A stretch of 52,062 bases of DNA, taken from IMG/VR virus record IMGVR_UViG_2531839330_000009; one strand, given 5' to 3'. Below the pieces are notes generated by a model. The model did not search any database. It was given only the letters and a program-made list of their open reading frames with translations, and was not told where the DNA came from. Of the stretch, positions 39,042 through 49,172 are shown one piece after another. The position numbers and the translations under genes were made by a program. The DNA comes from a virus (Duplodnaviria > Heunggongvirae > Uroviricota > Caudoviricetes). Positions within the stretch are counted from its first letter, which is position 1, and each line of letters opens with the position of its first letter.

Positions 39042-39623
39042 CTTTATCAATGACTTATCTCCCGACTTCCCGCCTTGCTTTTCCTAAACAGAACAATCGT
39101 AGAATATTCTTGAAGGGTTAGATCGTCACTGTTTTCTGTTCGATACTGTGACATTCAGCACTTGATTCGCTATGGATCTGACAGGAAGGTTTCGAGCGAA
39201 AATCTGCAGTTATTCAGTCGTTTTCTTATCGGTCACCATTATTCTTTTAGACATTGATCCTACAAAGCTGCCGCAAAGTTGGTGGTGGGAACTGAAGTTG
39301 CGTAGAGAAGGGGTCAATACCCGGGGGCAAACATGGGCTGGCAAAAGTGTAGCGGTATTAGGCGCAGCTATTTAGCCTAGTTATGTTTTATGAAAACTTG
39401 ATATCATATAAGTGTCTTACTTATTGGCTGTAAATAAGTTTTTCCTAAGGAATTGTTTCTTGAGTATCATTTGTAACTGTAACGGAATTTATAATCCTTT
39501 GCTTTATTGTTACGGTATTTTTTATCACACCCTATTTTTAGTGGTTTTTTATACTGAAGTTTGGCAAAGTGAACTTTATATACATATACTTCATCCTGGT
39601 TTCAGTTAAATTGGGTGGATGAT

Positions 39624-40367
39624 ATGGCAACTACATGTTCAGTTATATTGATTTTGGAGTCCTTTGATGTTTATTTCGGAAAAGAGATTGTGTTTCTGGA
39701 GAGAGGTTCATCTGTACTTGTCGACTCTAGCTCTAGAGATTTTTTCCTGACATATCCTGAAAGAGTGATAGTGGCGGATTTTGGCGCTGAGTTTATTAGT
39801 CGCTATTTGAAAGCTAATAACTTAAGGGATATTTCTGATTGTAGGGAATATCCATCTTATTTAAAAATAAACTTTGCTGACTTCAGTTTAATTAAAGGAT
39901 TAATTAGTTGGGCTAATCACTGTGCTGAATACATAGAAATTTTTGATGAGTCTATTGCTTTTACATGTCTCTCTGCATTTTCTTCTGAAAAACAATTTGG
40001 AGTATTTCTGTTTGGATGTTTGAAAAGCACAGGGGCTAAAGTTAAAACGATTATTCATACGGATTTATCTGCACCATGGCGTCTTAAGGATATATCATCA
40101 AGATTATATCTCAGCGAAAGTTTACTAAAGAGGAAATTGAAAGAAGAGGGGGTATCATTCAGTAAGATCATACTTGATGAGAGGATGCAAATGGCTGAAT
40201 ATTTACTCAGCACTCGTTGTTATCCTATTAGTAAAGTAGCTAAGGTCTGTGGTTATGCCAGTGTCTCATACTTTACTTATGTATTTAGACGTTATTTTGG
40301 TGTTTCTCCAAGTCAATACTCTCAGAGGAGTTCAGAAAGTAAAATTCTTACTCACCAGGGAATCTGA
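39624..40367 (+). CDS. AraC-family transcriptional regulator (Rns/PerA-like virulence-regulator type)
   Basis: 247 aa; C-terminal dual HTH (…KVAKVCGYASVSYFTYVFRRYFGVSPSQY); very AT-rich. Confidence 0.7.
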   Translation: MATTCSVILILESFDVYFGKEIVFLERGSSVLVDSSSRDFFLTYPERVIVADFGAEFISRYLKANNLRDISDCREYPSYLKINFADFSLIKGLISWANHCAEYIEIFDESIAFTCLSAFSSEKQFGVFLFGCLKSTGAKVKTIIHTDLSAPWRLKDISSRLYLSESLLKRKLKEEGVSFSKIILDERMQMAEYLLSTRCYPISKVAKVCGYASVSYFTYVFRRYFGVSPSQYSQRSSESKILTHQGI

Positions 40368-40408
40368 TCATTGTTCTTGCCCCCTTATTTCCAGACAGGG
40401 GGTGTATC

Positions 40409-40636
40409 TTAAGTTAACGTTACCCGCTGACGTCGATATTCTCGCAGAGAGCGATAACCCAACGCACTGTGCGGATGGTTTTCATTGTAATGTTCGATCG
40501 CCACTGCAAGATTATGCAATGCCGTTCTTACATTCGGTTTCGGCATGAACGCGATGTAGTCTTCCTTCATCGTTTTCACGAACCTTTCTGCCATTCCATT
40601 ACTCTGAGGACTGCTGATTGCCCATGAGGAGTACAA
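40409..40636 (-). pseudogene. IS3-family (IS2-like) transposase C-terminal remnant
   Basis: …[15 protein letters not shown]…[18 protein letters not shown] is the OrfB C-terminus; no upstream transposase body. Confidence 0.6.
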
Positions 40637-40856
40637 TTAAACGGGTTAATCAGTTTCTCCATTTGAAAGAAAAAAGACTTCTGTACTGTTTGATATCACC
40701 GCTATTTTCTTATTTTCTGTGCAGGTCGTAGTGGGACAAAACTGAGACACATAAGGCCTCACAATGGCTTGCAAGGCTTTACATGTTTTGATGTGGTGGG
40801 ACGTGTGAGCGCAGTGTTGATGGGGTAATGCTTTGAATTAGAAGCGGATTCTTATA

Positions 40857-40903
40857 ATTCGTAATGCGAAGGTCGTAGGTTCGACTCCTATTATCGGCAC
40901 CAT
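40857..40903. repeat. attR: 47-bp direct repeat of thrW 3' end
   Basis: Identical to 1399-1445; identity breaks on both sides. Confidence 0.8.
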
Positions 40904-41533
40904 CAACAGAAAACCCCGTAAAAGCTGCATTGTTTAGCATGTTTATCTAACGGTTTGTAACTTCTGTTCTAACGTCCGCTATCACTTACAAACGCCTATA
41001 CGTTGTTATGGGCTTTGGTAGTGTAACACGTATGGGCGAGTAGTTCCCAGGCTCAACCTCGTAACAAGTTCCTTTGAAGCTGGAAGACGTGCCACCGTCT
41101 CTAAACCTTCTACCAAAACTCTTAGCAAGATGTTCCACACCTGGCGCGGTGTCCAATGATGCTACACGTCGTGAGACGTTGCAGAGGATAAACAGGCTAA
41201 ATGATGGGAAGAGTTTTAAGTGCAATAGTGGATCAAAGCCCACCTCTTCAAAACCTAACTTGATCGGGAAAGAATCAAGCTCTAGCACGGTTTCGTCCAC
41301 CGGAGTACAACGGGTGCCTGATAAGAGAAGAACTGCTAAGACTTCATAGCTTTTGTGAAAAAGCCCTTTTTAGTGGATACGCCTACGGCGCTTATTTTTT
41401 GGTATAACCATCAAAGGCGCTTTATGGCTCCTATTGTCTTGAAAATGTATCTTTACTTGTATTGTGTTTTATGCGTAGTCTCCCTGTGTAGTATGTAACT
41501 TGTTAATTTTCATATGAATACAGAGGCAACACG

Positions 41534-41686
41534 ATGAAAAACATTGCAGCTATAAAACGTAATAACCGCAAGATTCACGCTCGTAAGTTCCTGTCTACGC
41601 CAGAGGGAAAAGCCTGGCTAGAGCGTAAACAGCGAGAGAACGAAGAAAGAAAACTCCTTAGTGAGTTGAAATGGCTTAAGGATTGA
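41534..41686 (+). CDS. small basic protein (50 aa), hypothetical
   Basis: ATG with AGAGG RBS 7 nt upstream; followed by a long hairpin. Confidence 0.3.
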   Translation: MKNIAAIKRNNRKIHARKFLSTPEGKAWLERKQRENEERKLLSELKWLKD

Positions 41687-41696
41687 ATCACCAGTA

Positions 41697-41738
41697 GGCG
41701 CATAACACATCCAGCGATCAAAGATGTGTTTATGCGCC
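41697..41738 (+). other. long imperfect hairpin (15-bp arms)
   Basis: GGCGCATAACACATC ... GATGTGTTTATGCGCC, then AT-rich tract. Confidence 0.4.
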
Positions 41739-42236
41739 TGATAGTGAAATTATTAAAGTTTTTTAGTTAATGTAGCCATTGCATGAACGATGATCGCTAG
41801 TGAATCGATTTTATCTCGAGGGGTAAAATAGATGAGGTATATGATGGTAACAATTACAGCTAAAGTAATTGTGGTTCTGCAGGTTTTTAAAATGGATGAG
41901 ATAAAGCGCATAGATACCCCCTATTGATTTAACAATAGCAAAGTATCATTTATTTTTTATTGCACGCAACATGCAAATTTTCACATATAATAGTTTACTA
42001 TTCACTTTGTATGGTGTCAACAAGATGATGTGTTGTTTTGTTTGATTTGTTCAAGATAATGTTTCATTTTCTCATCTATATAACTTGTGTTTTAGATAAT
42101 TTCACTAATTGTAAAAGTTACGTATTGCTTAATAGCTACCTTTTTATCTGAAATCGGCGCAGACGTGATCAATGTTTAACGCGAAGATCAGCGGCGTCAG
42201 GTCCACGCAGCGACAATTCTCAAATATCAGGAGGCA

Positions 42237-42794
42237 TTACGCTTCCTGCTCTTTCTTAATACGTTGCACTGTCTGTGTGCTGACACTGAAATCTTTTGCT
42301 ACGCTCCGAATTGATCCACCATTCGCGAGAGCGGCAACAATTCCCGCTCGATCAATTGCTTTTCCATTACCACGTTTTGCTATACGCCCAGCTGCCTTAG
42401 CTGCTGCGATCCCTTCACGTTGACGCTCAAGCATCATTTCACGTTCCATTTGTGCCACTGCTGCAAGCACTGTGAGCATCATATTCCCTGCGGGAGAGTT
42501 CTTCCCTGTCTTAAAGTCTTCTTTATGGAAATGCACAGACACGCCGCGCTCTGTTAATTGCTCAACCGTTGCCAGTAGGTCGGCTGTATTACGGCAAAGT
42601 CGATCAATGCTGTGAACATGCAAAACATCACCTTCACGCACATAGTTCATCATTGCCTCAAACTGTGGGCGCTGGGTATTCTTGCCTGACGCTTTATCTT
42701 CAAAGACTTTATCAAGAGTTACTCCAGCTAATTGACGGTCTGTGTTTTGTTGGACAGTCGATACCCTAATGTATCCAATATTAGCCATTTTCAT
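42237..42794 (-). CDS. small serine recombinase (resolvase/invertase family)
   Basis: 185 aa; IGYIRVSTVQQ catalytic Ser motif, C-terminal HTH; start at 42794 or 42788. Confidence 0.8.
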   Translation of the reverse strand: MKMANIGYIRVSTVQQNTDRQLAGVTLDKVFEDKASGKNTQRPQFEAMMNYVREGDVLHVHSIDRLCRNTADLLATVEQLTERGVSVHFHKEDFKTGKNSPAGNMMLTVLAAVAQMEREMMLERQREGIAAAKAAGRIAKRGNGKAIDRAGIVAALANGGSIRSVAKDFSVSTQTVQRIKKEQEA

Positions 42795-43297
42795 TTTCCT
42801 TCTGTGTTGATTTGTGTGTAGTGATTATTGATCGTGTTGATTAGGTGTGTAAAGGACTTTTTTCACTACGAAATTCGAAGGTTTTTAGTGTGGTGATTTA
42901 GCCTGCTTTATCACTACACGTCTTGCATGAGAATCATGTGGTTACGTTTTGGTAAAATTAGCAAGCTATTAAATAGTGTGTTTATTTTGAAAAAATAATT
43001 TTTTGTTGCATTAAAGAAAACTTGTTCGACAGATAATAGATTGATTTTTAATCAATAATTTCTGATAGTGCTCTGTAAGCCGCATTACACAAGGATTTGC
43101 GAAAGTGATGTAAAAGTGAAGAAAGCTAACATTGCACTTTTTAAGCTACTTTTCATTGAATTTTTAGTATGGAATTACATAAGGATTAATCATCAATTAA
43201 TCTTGAATTTAAGCCTGTTTTAGATGTTTAATTTTGGTAGCAAGAAACACTTTTAGAAGATCATTGCACAGATGTTATGTGATAAATGGATGTAACG

Positions 43298-43349
43298 GTA
43301 GGTCACTGTGAGCTAGGGGGTAGGTCACTGTGAGCTAGGGGGTAGGTCA
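43298..43349. repeat. tandem 22-bp direct repeats (2.4 copies), iteron-like
   Basis: GTAGGTCACTGTGAGCTAGGGG x2 plus partial third copy. Confidence 0.7.
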
Positions 43350-43490
43350 ATTTGAACCACAATAAGACTAACGATAATACTAATAATAAAACTAACTATT
43401 AAACTATATAATATAATTCTTTTTTATCTTTATAAGAATAATTATAGGGATACCCGTTAGGGAGTCTAACGACTATCCCTTAATCTATTG

Positions 43491-43514
43491 GCATTCGCCA
43501 GAACCTTGCACAAG
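43491..43514. repeat. 24-bp inverted-repeat arm A
   Basis: GCATTCGCCAGAACCTTGCACAAG; reverse complement matches 43830-43853 at 23/24. Confidence 0.55.
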
Positions 43515-43829
43515 TTAGACTGATACTTCTCATAACACATAGTTTTTTGTTTGTTGATGTTAGTTAGTAGATCTATGTTCGCTAATGCCGCTCACAACGA
43601 ATATGTAATCTACTATGTGCAAATAGCCTACGGCTTGCGTAAGGCTAAATAGTCTTGCGCTGTGCGCAGAACGATAATTAACTAACTACCATCTAACGAT
43701 TGAAATTTACTTGTGCAATAACCTGAGCGTAAGCGAATGGTTGTTAGTGTCTATGCGCTGTGCGCTTCAATAGTTCCATTGATGAGGCTTACGCCAATCT
43801 AACGATCATCAATCATCTAAAATAAATTT

Positions 43830-43853
43830 CTTGTGCAATGTTCTGGCGAATGC
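43830..43853. repeat. 24-bp inverted-repeat arm B
   Basis: CTTGTGCAATGTTCTGGCGAATGC; related direct copies of CTTGTGCAAT / GCGAATG near 43710-43740 and 44165-44178. Confidence 0.55.
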
Positions 43854-44302
43854 AATTAGAGTAGCGTTACCCCTTTGGGGATGCTAACGCATAACTATAG
43901 ATCAACCATCAAACAGACAAAAAAGAAAAATATGGTTTAAAGATGTTAGGTAGTAGATGAGATTCTACCCCTTAAATAAGCCTCTGGCGAGCTAAACAGC
44001 CTCTACATAAGGGAATGTATTGTTTTTATCAAAACCTCGTTAGAACGCATTTTAGAGCGTTTTAGAGAATAAGGAAGAATAGGAGTACTCGTAAGAGCAC
44101 GAATTGCTCGTAAGTGCATGAAAAAGATCGATTTTTTTCGGAAATGGTATTGACAAACGTCTCTTTCTGTGCAATAATAGGTATTAGAGGGACAGGAATA
44201 GATTCTTATCCTCTAAATAATTAAACCAATGCACCGCACTTTGAAGCCCAAGGCTTGCAAGGTGTCTTTTTCTTTTAACCAAATAGAATAGGAGGTTAAT
44301 TA

Positions 44303-44485
44303 ATGAAATATTTCACTCCACAGGATGTAGTAGAAGCCTGGAAACGTGGTGAGATCAACCGCTTTAAAGTAAGGATGTATAGAAACACCGCTCGCCGTTG
44401 TGGTTATCCAGAGCGTGAAAAATGCTTTGACGATGCACTAAAAATTATTGATGAACTGCGTAAGGCAGAAGCAGAGAAAGAATAA
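44303..44485 (+). CDS. hypothetical small protein
   Basis: 60 aa with GGAGG RBS. Confidence 0.35.
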   Translation: MKYFTPQDVVEAWKRGEINRFKVRMYRNTARRCGYPEREKCFDDALKIIDELRKAEAEKE

Positions 44486-44506
44486 TAACAGGAGAAGGAG
44501 AAAACT

Positions 44507-44674
44507 ATGAGCGAAACCAAGAAACCAATTCCACGCACTTACCTACACGTTGACCCTGAAATTTTCAAGATTTTATTTGCTGAAGCCAAGAAAAGGCAAA
44601 TTATGGTCAGTGATTTGATGTTAGAAATCATTACTGAAGCAGCAGAGAACATCAAACAAAAAAAGGGTAAGTGA
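44507..44674 (+). CDS. ribbon-helix-helix-like small DNA-binding protein
   Basis: 55 aa, strong AGGAGAAGGAG RBS; beta-strand then two helices (TYLHVDPEIFKILFAEAKKRQIMVSDLMLEII). Confidence 0.4.
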   Translation: MSETKKPIPRTYLHVDPEIFKILFAEAKKRQIMVSDLMLEIITEAAENIKQKKGK

Positions 44675-44725
44675 TCCTCATTCACTTTAGTAGCGCATTA
44701 AGCGTGATTTATAAGGAGATTTTTA

Positions 44726-45352
44726 ATGATAAACCAGCCAACTTTTACAAAACACTATAACACGTTTGATAATATATCAAAGATTTACTCTAATGAATTT
44801 CCAGAAGGTAAGGTTTTAGATTTATTGCACATTGTTCTTTATTATAGATTTCTTAGTTATCAGGAAAATGGTCTTAATTGTTATGAAAGTCACGAAACAT
44901 TAGCTAAGATTTTTAAGTCTTCACCATCAACAATTAAACGTAAGATAAACGATCTTAAAGAGATGGGATTATTAGAAACATCCCCACATCCTGATCCGTA
45001 TATTTCATCTTTGATTTACAATGCTCTCCCTCTCACAGATGCACATATTACTCCCCCAGGAGAGTCATCACTACCTGATCCTTCTGAGAAAGAAAACGAA
45101 TCTAATGAAATATTGAATGTTTCAGAAATCATCGTTGAAGAAGAAAAACAGGAATCAGAGTTCCCTGAGCGGCCCGAAATTTTTACTTGGCTTCTTTCCC
45201 TTGATAAGAAGAAACCACCGCACGAAGAAACAGAAGATTTTGTAAAACGAGCATTAGATTCAAAGAATATCTATCTTTGTGAAAATGATTTTGACTCTTT
45301 GATAATTGATCTCAAAAGTGAGAGCACAATATATGATTCACTACCCTTTTAA
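44726..45352 (+). CDS. winged-helix DNA-binding protein, possibly replication initiator/regulator
   Basis: 208 aa; wHTH-like region (ESHETLAKIFKSSPSTIKRKINDLKEMGLL); acidic C-terminus. Confidence 0.4.
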   Translation: MINQPTFTKHYNTFDNISKIYSNEFPEGKVLDLLHIVLYYRFLSYQENGLNCYESHETLAKIFKSSPSTIKRKINDLKEMGLLETSPHPDPYISSLIYNALPLTDAHITPPGESSLPDPSEKENESNEILNVSEIIVEEEKQESEFPERPEIFTWLLSLDKKKPPHEETEDFVKRALDSKNIYLCENDFDSLIIDLKSESTIYDSLPF

Positions 45353-45619
45353 GGAGAATAAATGGCTTATAACATCACTATAGGAAACAAAACTATTGAA
45401 ATAACTGAGAGCGGATACCACATTTTAAAAGCTATTTTGGAAATAGAGTTCTCACCGCCGACAGTGGTTAGCTTTTAGGGTTTAGCTCCTATCATCATTT
45501 TTTGGGATTTAACGCTTTCAATAATTGTGTAGGTGGTGCATCGGAAGTCGATCTGATGGCTCATTTAGAATGATACATTAGCTTCTAACAAACGTTCTAA
45601 CTAATAAAATGATGGGCGT

Positions 45620-45865
45620 ATGTATAAGCGCCCAATGAAAATATTCAAAAAAGGAAAAATAATGATTGGCTATATTCAAGAAACACAATTATTTCAGATG
45701 ATCCTGTCTGATGCAAAAAACTATGCTGAGTTAATCCGACTGGCAAAAGAAACAGAAGACTACGAAGCATTAGAGCGTTATCGTGATGAAGTGCTGACGC
45801 TCAAGACACCTTTTAACATCGTATTGAATATGATTAATGATGCATTACAAGGAGAAGCCGCATAA
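45620..45865 (+). CDS. hypothetical protein
   Basis: 81-aa ORF in AT-rich element; start uncertain. Confidence 0.3.
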   Translation: MYKRPMKIFKKGKIMIGYIQETQLFQMILSDAKNYAELIRLAKETEDYEALERYRDEVLTLKTPFNIVLNMINDALQGEAA

Positions 45866-46173
45866 TGGAAGAAGATATTAGCAATGCAATGGAACAACTT
45901 TTAGATCTGACTATCTCACTACAAACAAGAATAAATCAAGCCTATTCAGATTTATGCGATTACACGCTCTCTCAATGCGTTATTAGCTTAATGAAGGTGA
46001 ATGTAAGCCTTGACGATTTTATCTCTCTGGTGAGCGATTTAGAGCTAATTGAGGACGATGCCAAGATGTGCACTCAAATCATCACAGACACCGCCAGCAC
46101 GTTAAAGGCTGCAAGTGAAGAGATTCAGCAATTAGTAGATGATTTAGCAAAAAGTGCTATTTCTTCTAAGTGA
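45865..46173 (+). CDS. hypothetical protein
   Basis: 102-aa ORF, ATGG overlap with upstream ORF. Confidence 0.3.
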   Translation: MEEDISNAMEQLLDLTISLQTRINQAYSDLCDYTLSQCVISLMKVNVSLDDFISLVSDLELIEDDAKMCTQIITDTASTLKAASEEIQQLVDDLAKSAISSK

Positions 46174-47157
46174 TAATGAAAATCATTTGCATTTATAACG
46201 ATTTCATTATATAATGATATTAGGGGTAGATAAAAAGGTTTTGACTGGTGTTAATCCTTCTACTGTCATAAATCCCTGCATATGGAAGGTGATAGCCTCA
46301 AAGGTTGAGTGGCATTAACCTCTAACAAATATTACCTTCCATCTCTCAAGAAGTTTTAGAATAATCATAACTCCCTCTTTGATTGTTGATTGTTTCTACG
46401 TTGTGTTGATGAATGTTGTTAGGCATTGTGCTTAATTTTGATAAAAGCGGGTAGGTGTTATCTCCTTGCCCTTCCCGCTCTTATTTTTCATCTATGCTTA
46501 TCCTAAAGCTCCTTATTTTGTCAGAAAACATTAAAGAGCCTTACACTGATAGTTATATTTTATAACTATTTACTAACATCATTAAACTATTATTTAATGA
46601 CAGAAGTTAGTAACAGAATAATCTATTAAGTTGTTGTCAAAAACAATCATCTGCATAGCGTTAGCCGCAAGCAGAGAGAGTTTAGCTAAGAATGGTGCAA
46701 TAAACTTTGGAAATATTGATAGCAAAACGGGTTTTATAGAATGCGGATCTATAAGCTTTGGTTGTAAAAACGATTTTCTGAAACGGTAGATTACTGTTGG
46801 TGTAGTTAATCATTATTAAAAATTTAATCTGTGAGTAGATTGGAATAGTGATTCCTTAAAATCTGACTGGTGCATCCACACCATGAAAGATAGCGGTTGG
46901 CCACCGCGCCCCGAATAGATATTCCTGATTGATTCCGCATGTTTTCCTAAGAGCATGTTTTCAGGAGTATCTATTCACCCTTTAAGCATATCATCAAGTA
47001 TATTTAAAAAGTGTATTTGCTGATATGTTTAATCCTCTTATAGTTTAACTTATCAATTATGTAATTGCCCGCACGTTAAAGCCCCTTTGCTGGTCAGAAT
47101 TAACCTCTTACGGCATTGGGGCTTTTTATTTGTCTGGCACTAACAGGAACGTTATTT

Positions 47158-47355
47158 ATGAAACAAGAAATGATTATCAGCAAAGACGGGGAAACGATGA
47201 TTGTTAGTGATGAAAACCTCATTAAGGTTGCCGCACTGTTGGGAATTACTCCCGAAAGTCTTCGTTCTACCACTGCTCAATTATTTAAATCGGCTGATGC
47301 GGTTAGTCTTGCTGATGCCCTTAAATCTAAAATTAAACAACTGAAAGGAAAATAA
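47158..47355 (+). CDS. hypothetical small protein
   Basis: Internal ATG with AGGAA RBS; 65 aa. Confidence 0.3.
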   Translation: MKQEMIISKDGETMIVSDENLIKVAALLGITPESLRSTTAQLFKSADAVSLADALKSKIKQLKGK

Positions 47356-47359
47356 TCTT

Positions 47360-47743
47360 ATGGCTAACCCATATGGAAAATTAAAAGCAGTGAATGCGGA
47401 TAACTCCCGTTCACGCTGTAAGGTAGTAGCTTACGCTGCTGATCCAGTGCTGCAAGATCGCCTCGTCAAACTGGCTTCACCTCTCACTGACGATCTTATT
47501 GTCGGGGCTTTGCTGAAAGCCGATGGCACCAAAGCAACAACCGCATCTGATATTGCTCACATAGTAGTTGAACCGGCTTATGAAGGACAGGAAAGCGTAG
47601 TGGTTGCACATCCTACTTTCGTTATTCTGGCTGAAGATGGGATTGAATTTAACAGCATGGAAAAGGCAAGTGTTATTGCAAAACTGCAATCTCTCGGCTT
47701 TGTAATTGCTAGTTATGAAGAACTTGCGATCCCTACGACTTAA
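47360..47743 (+). CDS. hypothetical protein (possible phage structural)
   Basis: 127-aa ORF tightly packed with neighbours. Confidence 0.35.
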   Translation: MANPYGKLKAVNADNSRSRCKVVAYAADPVLQDRLVKLASPLTDDLIVGALLKADGTKATTASDIAHIVVEPAYEGQESVVVAHPTFVILAEDGIEFNSMEKASVIAKLQSLGFVIASYEELAIPTT

Positions 47744-47757
47744 CAAGGAAAATAATA

Positions 47758-48789
47758 ATGAATGATTTATCAACATATTTTGGCGTTAATACTGCGGTAG
47801 TAACTCCATTTGCTTATGAGAATGCACTTAATACCCTGATTACTAATCTCGATCTGTTCGATGTGCAATATCATACAGAAAACAGCATTCTTCTTACCGA
47901 CCTGATTGATCAGTTTGTGCAGGTAGCTGGGGAAACCTCACCTTACGCTCAAAGCGACTGGAACGCCTCTAAACGTCAGGAATGGTCAAACAAACTTTTC
48001 CAGATGAAACACGTCGGCAGTATTAACGCTGTTACTTCTCGTGACCTGGAACAATACAGCCGCCAATATCCAAACCGTTCTGATGCTATGCTGGTAGCGG
48101 TTAATGATTTCTCTGAGGCTCATTACCGTTCACACGCAAACCGTGTTGAAGTGGATCTGATTACCGCGCTGCTGGGCCTGAAAGTTGAATCTGAATATGC
48201 CGGACAAGGTGATCTCGACTTCCTCGACGGTCAGGCTAAAACCACGGTACCCGCTATCGACTTTGCATCGACAACTGTTAACCCGTTCCTTGCTATTCGT
48301 AAAGCGGTGCGCTTACAGAGTGAAAAGCTGGGGTCTGGTCTTGCTGCAAAGCGAACTGGTGTAATTATCTTTGCTGCTGGCGCTGCTGCTGATGGTTTGT
48401 CATCTAACCCGCTGATCAGTGACATGGTGAAATATGCAGGCGATGCGAGTGCTACGGCCCTGTTTACCCGTATGGTTGATTCTAACCCAGCCTATGACTC
48501 TTTCCAGATTGGTGGGATCACTGTTATTGATGTGTCAATGTTTCCTGAGATTGTTGCTCACATCGGAGAGAACGGTTTCGCAATTGTTCCGGTAATGGAT
48601 AAAGCGGCACAGTGTTACCAGCTTCATAGCGGCGTTGGTGTGCGTCATGCTGAGTTAGGTCAAGATGCCGTGTTGCATCACCAATATCTAATCAAGGATG
48701 AATTCCAATTCCCATCTGTGGTTACTGAGACATCTTATCTGCCAGTAAACAACATTCCGCAAGCTATCATCTTCGGATCTGCTGCGTAA
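47758..48789 (+). CDS. putative phage structural protein (major tail or capsid; unresolved)
   Basis: 343-aa ORF; family not recognised. Confidence 0.35.
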   Translation: MNDLSTYFGVNTAVVTPFAYENALNTLITNLDLFDVQYHTENSILLTDLIDQFVQVAGETSPYAQSDWNASKRQEWSNKLFQMKHVGSINAVTSRDLEQYSRQYPNRSDAMLVAVNDFSEAHYRSHANRVEVDLITALLGLKVESEYAGQGDLDFLDGQAKTTVPAIDFASTTVNPFLAIRKAVRLQSEKLGSGLAAKRTGVIIFAAGAAADGLSSNPLISDMVKYAGDASATALFTRMVDSNPAYDSFQIGGITVIDVSMFPEIVAHIGENGFAIVPVMDKAAQCYQLHSGVGVRHAELGQDAVLHHQYLIKDEFQFPSVVTETSYLPVNNIPQAIIFGSAA

Positions 48790-48940
48790 TAAAGCGTTAA
48801 TAGACGATTCCCCATCGGGGCAATAAGGGTAAAGGGATTAACTAACCTGTAGGCGCAAATACAGTAACGAATCTCTTTGCCCTTTTTGTTTTTCTACTGT
48901 CTACAAACCCAAATAAAAATATATATGTGAGAGAAAACCA

Positions 48941-49138
48941 ATGAATACAGAAAACCCACAATCCTTTATTCTTAAGGCTGTAAAAGAACTGGCAGCTATT
49001 AGCGATGACTCAATAATCAATGTCAGTGCCTTATGCAGAATGCTTTCAATTGATGCAAATAATGTGCGGCAGCGTGTGTTTCAGACTGGGTGCAGCACTT
49101 TTGAGGCAATCCAATATTATTGCTCTAAAAAACAATAA
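48941..49138 (+). CDS. hypothetical small protein
   Basis: 65-aa ORF. Confidence 0.25.
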   Translation: MNTENPQSFILKAVKELAAISDDSIINVSALCRMLSIDANNVRQRVFQTGCSTFEAIQYYCSKKQ

Positions 49139-49172
49139 CAAACAATAATCATAATACAGGGAAACAATTAAC

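Noticed and set aside
39172-39609. Small ORFs 39172-39375 and 39412-39609 upstream of the AraC gene
   Set aside because: Very AT-rich leader, no RBS, low-complexity hydrophobic translations; more likely promoter/leader DNA.
40986-41349. Overlapping ORFs 40986-41300 (-) and 41074-41349 (+) just past attR
   Set aside because: Mutually overlapping, no RBS, no recognisable features; could be gene remnants but not supportable.
43298-43349. Tandem 22-bp repeats considered as a CRISPR array
   Set aside because: Only ~2.4 directly adjacent copies with no spacers and no cas genes; iteron-like instead.
44150-44279. Promoter-like TTGACA-17-AATAAT followed by a small hairpin and T-run as an sRNA or attenuator
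   Set aside because: The hairpin is only 5 bp with a 3-nt loop and the T-run is 9 nt away; too weak to call a terminator or RNA gene.
47758-48789. Calling the 343-aa protein a lambda gpE-like major capsid protein
   Set aside because: Only size and the 127-aa/343-aa neighbour pattern suggest it; no sequence motif I can verify, so it is left as an unresolved structural candidate.
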